Below are positions 38,092 through 45,794 of a stretch of DNA of 64,000 bases, piece after piece. Location of the stretch: positions 4,792-68,791 of the forward strand of contig JAWACZ010000004.1 in the NCBI GenBank assembly GCA_038896555.1, in the 5' to 3' direction. Source of the DNA: Candidatus Caldarchaeum sp. (GTDB lineage: Archaea; Thermoproteota; Nitrososphaeria_A; Caldarchaeales; Caldarchaeaceae). The notes beneath the pieces were generated by a model. That model was given only the letters and a program-made list of their open reading frames with translations. It was not told where the DNA came from and did not search any database. Within the stretch, counting starts at the first letter, position 1; each line of letters begins with the position of its first letter. Position numbers and translations under genes: made by a program.

Positions 38092-39324
38092 TTGCGAAGC
38101 AGCCAAGAAATACTGAAAAAGCTTGAAAGGGTTGAGCGACAATACCTACTTCAGTACAACAGCTCAAAGAACTGGATCGCTGTATCATACTATTCTGGAT
38201 GGCGTCACGCTCTTGAATGGGTGAGCAAGAGAGGTGACCAAGTTATAGTTGACGAAGTTGTCGGAACAGGACGATGCAGCGGTTGCGCTGCATGCGTAGC
38301 CATTTGCCCCACAAATGTCTTTGACTATGTGGAAGACAAACCGGTCAACACACGGCTAAACCATTGTATAGACTGCGACCTATGCGTCGAATCATGTCCA
38401 GAACTCCATCTGTCGGACATGGATGTGGAAATAAAATCATTGGACAGTTATGCCACATTCGAGGATGATTTCGGAAGATATGGCTCGTTATTGTTAACTA
38501 GGAGCACTGATGAAAAAATTCTTAAAAAATCTCAGGACGGCGGTACAGTTTCATCGCTTCTTGTCCATTGTTTGGAGAGCGGAATCATAGACGCTGCCGT
38601 TGTCTCAACCACATCTCCCGAAAGACCTTTATACCCTGTCGCGAAGCTCGTTTTTAACTCGAAAGAGGTCTTAGAGTGTGCTGGCTCTAGGTACACTTAT
38701 GCACCTAACCTGCTCGCCTTAAGGGAAGCTTACGAGCGTGGTGTTGAGAAGATTGCTGTTGTGGGAGTGCCGTGTCAGATAGATGGTCTGAGGTATTTGC
38801 AGCACTCTACACCCGACCTTGAAGTCGCCAAATGGTATGAAAAACATGTTGTCCTAAGCATAGGGCTTTTTTGCTCAGAAGTTTTCACATACAACGGATT
38901 GATGAAGTATCTCGAGGAAGTTTGCATAAATCCAGAAGATGTTGAAAAAATCAACATCAAAGGAAAGGTAATAATATCCTTGAAGAACGGCGACGAGGTC
39001 GTAAAGCCTTTGAAACAGCTCCATAAATACGAAAGACCCGCGTGTCGTTTCTGCAAGGATTATTCCGCAGAGTTAGCCGACATATCATGCGGAGGACTAG
39101 CAACTAAGGGATGGACGATAACAGTCATCAGAACTAGGACAGGCCTTTCAATCGTAGAAAACGCTGTCAACGCCGGGATTTTAGAATCCAAAAAAATAGA
39201 ATTAAACTCTGAGCCGATGAATCTGTTGAGAAAATTGTGCAAGCAAAAGCGCAAAAGACAACCTCCACCATTGAAAACATTTTTCAACTTGGAAAATTTT
39301 TTATCCCAAGTAATGTTTAAATAA
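38092..39324 (+). CDS. FrhB/FdhB-family (F420 hydrogenase/dehydrogenase beta-like) Fe-S flavoprotein
   Basis: Two CxxCxxCxxxCP motifs, SQDGG.V, AGSRY, GVPCQ, GLFC, C..C.D...E.ADIS.G. Confidence 0.85.
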   Translation: MRSSQEILKKLERVERQYLLQYNSSKNWIAVSYYSGWRHALEWVSKRGDQVIVDEVVGTGRCSGCAACVAICPTNVFDYVEDKPVNTRLNHCIDCDLCVESCPELHLSDMDVEIKSLDSYATFEDDFGRYGSLLLTRSTDEKILKKSQDGGTVSSLLVHCLESGIIDAAVVSTTSPERPLYPVAKLVFNSKEVLECAGSRYTYAPNLLALREAYERGVEKIAVVGVPCQIDGLRYLQHSTPDLEVAKWYEKHVVLSIGLFCSEVFTYNGLMKYLEEVCINPEDVEKINIKGKVIISLKNGDEVVKPLKQLHKYERPACRFCKDYSAELADISCGGLATKGWTITVIRTRTGLSIVENAVNAGILESKKIELNSEPMNLLRKLCKQKRKRQPPPLKTFFNLENFLSQVMFK

Positions 39325-39344
39325 CCTTAACACATATAGAGTTT

Positions 39345-39545
39345 ATGCCGAGAAAGAAGTTGTCCCAAAAGATTTTGGAAGCGATTGAGCTTTCTGAACA
39401 GCTGAACAGGTTGTTGAACACGTTATCGCCTGAAATACGGGAAATTGTTCTCAGATATATGCAACGAAGGCCTGCTCGAAGGAGGAGAAGAGTAAAAGTT
39501 ATGGGCAGGAGGAGAAGGAGAGCAAAGGAAGTTATGGGCCAGTAA
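39345..39545 (+). CDS. Small Arg-rich basic protein
   Basis: 66 aa; helical N-half, duplicated RRRRR..VMG tail; TTTAAATA upstream. Confidence 0.6.
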   Translation: MPRKKLSQKILEAIELSEQLNRLLNTLSPEIREIVLRYMQRRPARRRRRVKVMGRRRRRAKEVMGQ

Positions 39546-39550
39546 ACCTT

Positions 39551-39805
39551 TCACTCTTTTTTAAGCTCTTCGTTGAGCTCTTTCTCTATCTCTTCCAGCG
39601 GTTTAGGCGGTGGTGTAGTCGCCAGAGTGTAGCCTATCCACCCCACTATCCCCAGTATCCCAGCGACAGCCACAAAACCTGTTAGCTTCAACACTATCAG
39701 GTCGAGACCAGCTATTGGCGGTAGGAAAACAGCCCATCCATAAAGTAGTATGCCTACTATGCTTGCGAGAAGAAGCAAACCTCCTACGGTTTGGTCTTTT
39801 GCCAT
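39551..39805 (-). CDS. Small two-TM membrane protein with charged C-terminal helix
   Basis: Two TM segments then WIGYTLATTPPPKPLEEIEKEL. Confidence 0.8.
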   Translation of the reverse strand: MAKDQTVGGLLLLASIVGILLYGWAVFLPPIAGLDLIVLKLTGFVAVAGILGIVGWIGYTLATTPPPKPLEEIEKELNEELKKE

Positions 39806-39867
39806 GGGTTTAAACCTCATTATACTGAATATAAACTTAACTTTTGGAATAATCTGCATCTAAAGGG

Positions 39868-40332
39868 TTGGATAGAAAGTCAGCTGTTGTTGTGAGGATA
39901 AAGCATGGAGATAACGAGGTGGAGTTTGAGGGCGGAGTGGATGATGTTTGGACAGCCGTCAACAAATACTTCTCACAAACCCTTGGTCCAATCCAAATAA
40001 TCTCAAGGCTTATGGGCGAGGCTGACCTGACCGAGCTCGCGCATGGACTAGCAGACAAGGTAGTGATAACGAAGGAGGGTATAGACGTTGTCCAACAGGG
40101 CGATGCGAAGAAACGTATAGTCCTCTGTCTTGCCGCTGCGTACGCTGGCAAAAGGCTTGGCATCTTTGTGGAGGAAGCTCTGACTCCGAAGAAAGTGGCT
40201 GGATACATTCGCATGGATGAAAGAGTCGTCAGGGCAAGGTTGAGCGAGCTGTGGAAAGAGGGGCTTGTAGACAGGGATGCTGAAGGACGTTATATATTTA
40301 AACCATCCATGGCTATGAAGATGCTAAAGTGA
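39868..40332 (+). CDS. Beta-hairpin + winged-helix protein (paralogue A)
   Basis: VRIKHGDNEVEFEG N-terminus; RARLSELWKEGLV wHTH. Confidence 0.75.
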   Translation: MDRKSAVVVRIKHGDNEVEFEGGVDDVWTAVNKYFSQTLGPIQIISRLMGEADLTELAHGLADKVVITKEGIDVVQQGDAKKRIVLCLAAAYAGKRLGIFVEEALTPKKVAGYIRMDERVVRARLSELWKEGLVDRDAEGRYIFKPSMAMKMLK

Positions 40333-40338
40333 TGGGCT

Positions 40339-40821
40339 GTGACTTCGCTTAAAGTTACTATTGCCTACGGCGAGCTCAAGGCAGAGTTTGAAGGGGCGCC
40401 GGAGGAAGTCTATCTTAACGTTGTTAGGTTTCTCGAGAAGTCGATACCTGCATACTCGCTTGCGTCTAGGCTTCAGAAGTCGGTGGGTGTGGAGGAGCTG
40501 CTTGAAAAACTGCGGGACAAGCTAGTCTACGTACAAGGTGAGGGAGTAGTCGTCAAAACGCCCCTGTCCAATCTGCCAACGTCAAACGCCATTCTCCTCT
40601 ACGCCGGCGCACGCTACCTCAGCCATCTCCTCGGGCTTGTTGAGAAGGCAGAATGCACGTCTTCAGAGTTTGCGTACGTAATGGCGAAGCCCGAAAAGAC
40701 AATATCGGGCAGGCTGACCGAGCTGGTTCAAAAAAACTTTTTGAAAAGGGTTGGGAGAGGCGGTTACGTAATCACTGTCTTGGGCCTAAGCTATCTAGCG
40801 GAGTCGTCGGGCTCTGTTTGA
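40339..40821 (+). CDS. Beta-hairpin + winged-helix protein (paralogue B)
   Basis: KVTIAYGELKAEFEG; SGRLTELVQKNFL wHTH. Confidence 0.75.
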   Translation: MTSLKVTIAYGELKAEFEGAPEEVYLNVVRFLEKSIPAYSLASRLQKSVGVEELLEKLRDKLVYVQGEGVVVKTPLSNLPTSNAILLYAGARYLSHLLGLVEKAECTSSEFAYVMAKPEKTISGRLTELVQKNFLKRVGRGGYVITVLGLSYLAESSGSV

Positions 40822-41204
40822 GTTTTCTCCAAGACCGTCTTGGAGGCCTCGGTGTACACGTATCTTCTTGTCTCACCCACCCTTTCGAGAACTCCAGACC
40901 TTACAAGGTCCAGCAGGACGTGGGCGACGGCTGTCGTATCGTAAAAGAAGCCCCGCCTTTCCAGCTCTGCCACCACCTCGGAGAGCGTTCGCCCTGTTTT
41001 CATCCATCCTGCCTTCATCAGTTCCTCCACAGCTTTCCTGCAGGTTATCGTTTTTCTCTGCTGGGCTGGCTTTGGCTGCTGCGCTTGGTCGGATGCCTTC
41101 AACGCATTCAGCACGTTCTTGACGGCTTCCTCTAATCTTTCCACAGGTGCTTCTACTTCTACGGTTGTGTTACCCATGGTTATCTTTATTTTTGCTTGAC
41201 TCAA
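40791..41204 (-). CDS. Beta-hairpin + winged-helix protein (paralogue C)
   Basis: KIKITMGNTTVEVEA; RTLSEV...LLDLVRSGVL wHTH. Confidence 0.75.
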   Translation of the reverse strand: MSQAKIKITMGNTTVEVEAPVERLEEAVKNVLNALKASDQAQQPKPAQQRKTITCRKAVEELMKAGWMKTGRTLSEVVAELERRGFFYDTTAVAHVLLDLVRSGVLERVGETRRYVYTEASKTVLEKTQTEPDDSAR

Positions 41205-41272
41205 CTTGTTGCACCATTTTGGTCATGTTGCGCAACATTTATATTTAACCAAATGAAGACGTTTTGTAGGAA

Positions 41273-42307
41273 TTGGTGTTCAAGATGACCAACCAACTCC
41301 TTCACCAATTACCCCCATATGATGAGCTGACAAACCTGCTAAAAACGTTTTCCTCAGTCACTCTAGACACGGTCACAGTCCTACGCAACATCGAGGCATA
41401 TCATCCCACGCCTGAAAACGACGAACCAAATGACATGCTGTTAGACAACATCTTAGCGGATGGCCTTGAGACAATCATTTTAACCCCCGCCGAAAAGAGC
41501 CTGCCCGTCGTCGCCTGCGACATGTCGACGGTCAAGATAGCCGACACCTCTCGTGGAAGCGTATGGGCTGTGAGGGGAAGCATTGTGATAAGGGAAAAAG
41601 GATTGGTCAAAGCAGCTGTCGTCGGCCCCTTCGCCTACACAGTATCAAAAACCACGGTGGAGAAAATAATCGATGTTTTGTTCATGTATTTGGGACTCGA
41701 GAGGAAGCAGAGGTTCTTAGAGATGTCGGCCGTTCCGAAAGTTATTAGCAATCTCTTTGAGAAAGTGTTGCAGGTTTACGCCACTACATGGCTTAAGGGA
41801 GGAGTTCTCCTGCTCGACGGCGCACTCACCTCAGGGCCTTTGGACAGCCCACCGGCAGCTGTTGAGAAAATAGTTGAGTCCGCAAAAACTTCCGGGATCG
41901 GTGTTGCGGCTTTCTCGAAGTCTACAACGCTCATGTTTCTCGGACGGAGGATAACCTATTTCGCAGGCAAATGCAGACCACCATATGTCATGAGGCTTCC
42001 TTTGTCCAGCTCCCGACCATGGGGCGTAAACGGCTCCGTTTACGTCTCGCATCTGTCATCCTCTCTTTTCCCCTTCCGTGTTGACGTGGCGTCCAAAACA
42101 AGCGATGAAGATGTCTTCCGGCATATCCTCTCCAGCGAAAACATAATCCACGGCTATCCCGAATCACTTATCATAGCCCACCAGCTTGCGAAACTCAGGT
42201 GGATAGACGTGCTAGGTATCCGCGCAAGCCTAGAGTCTCTTGTTAAGCTAAAATTTTCTTCAAGCGTTGACGTCAGGTCAACAATCTTTGCCCCGTTAGA
42301 GGGATGA
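41273..42307 (+). CDS. nurA: NurA-family nuclease
   Basis: VACDMS, LLLDGAL, AFSKST, GYPESLIIAH. Confidence 0.8.
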   Translation: MVFKMTNQLLHQLPPYDELTNLLKTFSSVTLDTVTVLRNIEAYHPTPENDEPNDMLLDNILADGLETIILTPAEKSLPVVACDMSTVKIADTSRGSVWAVRGSIVIREKGLVKAAVVGPFAYTVSKTTVEKIIDVLFMYLGLERKQRFLEMSAVPKVISNLFEKVLQVYATTWLKGGVLLLDGALTSGPLDSPPAAVEKIVESAKTSGIGVAAFSKSTTLMFLGRRITYFAGKCRPPYVMRLPLSSSRPWGVNGSVYVSHLSSSLFPFRVDVASKTSDEDVFRHILSSENIIHGYPESLIIAHQLAKLRWIDVLGIRASLESLVKLKFSSSVDVRSTIFAPLEG

Positions 42308-42313
42308 TGCGCT

Positions 42314-43807
42314 ATGAGAATCCTTCAGAAGAAAGGCGACAGTTTGGAAATACTCTGCGTTCCAACCGAGCTGGATTTCGAGATAGGAGATTATCTTAAG
42401 GTCAGCCAAGACGACCGCTTATTGCTTCTGCAGGTTATCGACGTCTCGTATCCGGATCTTCCAGGAACATTGGAGGAGCTTCTCCGCGACCTTGTCATGC
42501 AAGAGGTTGATGGAGCAAACGTTCTCGACCTCTACAACACAGCCTCGATAGCTATGCTGATGAAGGAGGTGAGGCTCGTCACCGCAAAAATAAGAGCGCT
42601 ACTCAGTAAAGAATCGTTGAAGCCAAACTCTCCATGGCTTCCAAGCCGCTTTTCAGCTACATTCGAGAAAGCCTCGACAGATTTTCTCCAAAGCATTACT
42701 TCAAACGAAGACCAAGGGCTTAAAGTTGAGATAGGCATGGTAAGCGGCCAACCATACTCCATCTCCTTAACCAGCCTAGACGGCTGTCTAACCATAATCA
42801 CTGGGAAGAAAGAGAGCGGAAAATCACACCTCGCTAAGATTCTTGTTGAAGGCATCGCCGCCAACGGCGGAACCGTACTCGTGCTTGATGTGAATGGTGA
42901 GTACTTGAGCTTAGATAGAACAGTTGACGGCAACCCCAGCCATCTTACTTCATCTATCCAAGTTTTGCAGCCTGGCGTGAACTTTAAGGCATCTTTGCAG
43001 GCTATGGGGTTGAAGACCTTTCTAGACGTTTTAGAGCATGTTTACGGAACGCCTTCTACGAGCTTGAGAGAGCTTGCAAGATTATGGCGAAGAGTGGAAA
43101 AAAGAGGGGTAACCATTACTGTAGATACGTTGATGGATGCCGTTGAACGAGAGCAGATTAACGAGGCTGTTAGAGACGCTCTCTTATCCAGGCTTCAAAG
43201 CATCAAGTCGTCGGGATTCATAGACGAGGATTGTTCGACGGACTTGGAAGAGGTTTTATCGACTAAGCCATGCGGAAACGTTACCGTGGTCAACCTTTCA
43301 AACCTGTTACCAAGCGTTAGAAGGCTTGTCGTGGAATACCTGCTCAGCCATCTATCAACGCTCCTGAGTCAAAACGGGCTGGAGCCCTTATTTCTGCTGG
43401 CTGAAGAAGCCCATCTCTATCTCCGTGAAACCTACTGGGAGGACATAGTCACCAGAATGAGACACATCGGCCTCTTCCCAATTTTCGTCACCAACCAGCC
43501 AGACTCAATACCTGAGCTCGTTTACAGACAGTCAGACAACATTTTCCTCTTCAACTTTACCAACGATGGAGACCTTGAGAAAATAGCGAGGGTTTCAAAA
43601 ATAGACGCCGAAACGGTTAAAACTCTTGTCAAAAAAATGCCTGCATGCCATTGTCTCTTGATGGGGAAGATGGTATCAGACATACCTTTGATGGTTAAGG
43701 TCAGGGCCAGCACCCTTCAAACGATGGGAGTGACAAAACGATTTTTTAGAAACCGGCTGTCGAAATACCATAGGCTTGAAACCGAGCCAGCTTACCAAAG
43801 AATATGA
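42314..43807 (+). CDS. herA: HerA/FtsK-family ATPase (DUF87)
   Basis: HAS-like N-terminus, Walker A GKKESGKS, DVNGEY, Walker B LLAEEAH. Confidence 0.85.
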   Translation: MRILQKKGDSLEILCVPTELDFEIGDYLKVSQDDRLLLLQVIDVSYPDLPGTLEELLRDLVMQEVDGANVLDLYNTASIAMLMKEVRLVTAKIRALLSKESLKPNSPWLPSRFSATFEKASTDFLQSITSNEDQGLKVEIGMVSGQPYSISLTSLDGCLTIITGKKESGKSHLAKILVEGIAANGGTVLVLDVNGEYLSLDRTVDGNPSHLTSSIQVLQPGVNFKASLQAMGLKTFLDVLEHVYGTPSTSLRELARLWRRVEKRGVTITVDTLMDAVEREQINEAVRDALLSRLQSIKSSGFIDEDCSTDLEEVLSTKPCGNVTVVNLSNLLPSVRRLVVEYLLSHLSTLLSQNGLEPLFLLAEEAHLYLRETYWEDIVTRMRHIGLFPIFVTNQPDSIPELVYRQSDNIFLFNFTNDGDLEKIARVSKIDAETVKTLVKKMPACHCLLMGKMVSDIPLMVKVRASTLQTMGVTKRFFRNRLSKYHRLETEPAYQRI

Positions 43808-44405
43808 AAAATTTAAACAGTCTATTTCAAACGCTCTGCAAAGCTTTAGAGAAACCCGTAAAAATCCTCAAACAGTTTTGGAGGAGCTGGTATTCTGTTT
43901 ATGCACACCCCAGACTAAAGCACGAAATGCTTTAAAAGCCGTAGAAGAAATAAAGAACCAAGGTCTTCTGACAAAACCAGACCTGCCAAGAATATCCGAA
44001 ATCTTACGAAGGTCTGGAGTGCGTTTCCATAGAAAAAAGGCGGAAAATATAATGTCTGTTTTTAAAATTTTTCCGGCAATAATCGATAAAATAAACGAAA
44101 ACCATAATCAAAAGCTGGACATGTTAAGGGATTTTCTCGTAGAAAACGTCAAAGGACTTGGGATGAAAGAAGCAAGCCACTTCCTGAGAAACATAGGCTA
44201 CGAAAACGTGGCAATTATCGACAGACATATTTTGAAATTCCTACAGACCCAGCGAATTGTCAAAAAGAAGGTCAGAAACATAACCAAAAAACAGTATCTT
44301 CAGCTGGAGAAAAAATTTATCGAACAGGCGGGAAAATATGGATTAAGCCCAGCTGAGCTGGACCTTCTGGTGTGGGCTGTCTACACCGGCGAGGTCTTAA
44401 AATGA
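43776..44405 (+). CDS. ogg: 8-oxoguanine DNA glycosylase/AP lyase (Ogg2-type)
   Basis: ELVFCLCT, KGLGMKEASHFLRN, IIDRHI, C-terminal GEVLK. Confidence 0.9.
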   Translation: MKPSQLTKEYEKFKQSISNALQSFRETRKNPQTVLEELVFCLCTPQTKARNALKAVEEIKNQGLLTKPDLPRISEILRRSGVRFHRKKAENIMSVFKIFPAIIDKINENHNQKLDMLRDFLVENVKGLGMKEASHFLRNIGYENVAIIDRHILKFLQTQRIVKKKVRNITKKQYLQLEKKFIEQAGKYGLSPAELDLLVWAVYTGEVLK

Positions 44406-45337
44406 AACCCAGTTTGAGCGAGGAACTAAAGCTCTTCATAAGCGAGTTTATACCCGAGCATTTTGATAAGCTGGTTGAATCATATTCGAAGCCGCTTCCT
44501 GAGACGTTTAGAGTCAACACTTTGAAGACAACTGTGAGCGAGTGCTTGAGCTTGCTGGCTGAGGACGGAGTGGAAGCTAAACCTGTTCCGTGGACTAAGC
44601 TGGGATTCTACGCCGAGCCACCCGGACGTCTATCAACCTCTCTCTGGCACATGCTCGGACTGGTGTACATCCAAGGCCCCGTGTCAATGCTTGTAGCAGA
44701 CTTGCTTGACGTCAAGCCTGGAGAACGCGTCCTTGACCTCTGCGCAGCCCCCGGAAGCAAATCCACCCAAATAGGACAAAACCTAGCTGGAGAAGGCGTT
44801 CTGGTCGCTAACGATGTTTCGAGAACAAGGATTAAAGCGCTCACCTCAAACCTTCAACGCTGTGGTGTGCTAAATTGCGTCGTCACGTTGGCGGACGGCA
44901 GATACATAGGCTTTAAGATGCAGGAGTATTTTGATAGGGTGCTTGTTGACGCGCCATGCAGCTCGCTGGGAGTGGGTGCAAAAGATTGGAGTGTTTTGAA
45001 GAACTGGAGCAGTAAGCTTTCCGAAAGGATGGGCAAGCTTCAGAAAGCCCTACTGTTTTCAGGGTTTAGAGCCCTTAATCCCGGGGGAGAACTGGTTTAC
45101 GCCACCTGCACTTATCATCCCTTGGAGAACGAAGCTGTGGTTTCATCGCTCTTAGACAAGTTTGAAAACGCGTCCTTGCTAGACATAAAGATTGATGGCA
45201 TAAGGTTTAGCCATGGCGTGGAAAGTTGGAGGGGGCTGAGCTTCAGAGACGAGGTCAAGAAAGCCGTCAGAATATACACATTCCAAAGCGGGGCGGAAGG
45301 TTTTTTCATAGCTAAAGTAATGAAAAAAGCGGACTAA
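44402..45337 (+). CDS. RsmB/NOL1/NOP2 RNA m5C methyltransferase
   Basis: RVNTLK, DLCAAPGSKS, DAPCS, YATCT. Confidence 0.92.
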   Translation: MKPSLSEELKLFISEFIPEHFDKLVESYSKPLPETFRVNTLKTTVSECLSLLAEDGVEAKPVPWTKLGFYAEPPGRLSTSLWHMLGLVYIQGPVSMLVADLLDVKPGERVLDLCAAPGSKSTQIGQNLAGEGVLVANDVSRTRIKALTSNLQRCGVLNCVVTLADGRYIGFKMQEYFDRVLVDAPCSSLGVGAKDWSVLKNWSSKLSERMGKLQKALLFSGFRALNPGGELVYATCTYHPLENEAVVSSLLDKFENASLLDIKIDGIRFSHGVESWRGLSFRDEVKKAVRIYTFQSGAEGFFIAKVMKKAD

Positions 45338-45338
45338 C

Positions 45339-45794
45339 ATGCTAAAGACATTCGACAACAATAACAGGAGCAGGTTCTTGGAAGATGTATACAGCTCGCT
45401 GAAATGTCGGCTAAACATAAACAACCTGGTGCTTGTCCAAGCGGGCGAAAACAAAATCAGAGTCACGACCAAAGAAACTTATGAAACTGCGTTAAGGATG
45501 CCGGGCGTCCAGAATGTTGGGCTCTACATCGCGAAAAGAAGAAAAGATTTCACAACCTTGACGGTGGAAGGATGCATGTTTCTATCAAAAGTAGACGAAT
45601 CAGTGGTTATGGACCTGAGCAGGGAGCAGGCTCTTATGTGGATGAAAGGAGGGCCGGTGAAAGTCGGTATGAAAGAAAAACTTCTGCTGGGAAGATACAA
45701 ACGCTTCTACCTCGGCTCGGCGGTTGTTGACCGTTTAGGAAACGCGTATCCCCAAATTCCGGTTTGGCGGAGAATCCCGCCGGAAACCATTTAG
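45339..45794 (+). CDS. Probable PUA-like partner of the m5C methyltransferase (RsmF C-terminal-like)
   Basis: LTVEG...LSREQALMWMKG pattern; adjacent to the methyltransferase. Confidence 0.6.
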   Translation: MLKTFDNNNRSRFLEDVYSSLKCRLNINNLVLVQAGENKIRVTTKETYETALRMPGVQNVGLYIAKRRKDFTTLTVEGCMFLSKVDESVVMDLSREQALMWMKGGPVKVGMKEKLLLGRYKRFYLGSAVVDRLGNAYPQIPVWRRIPPETI

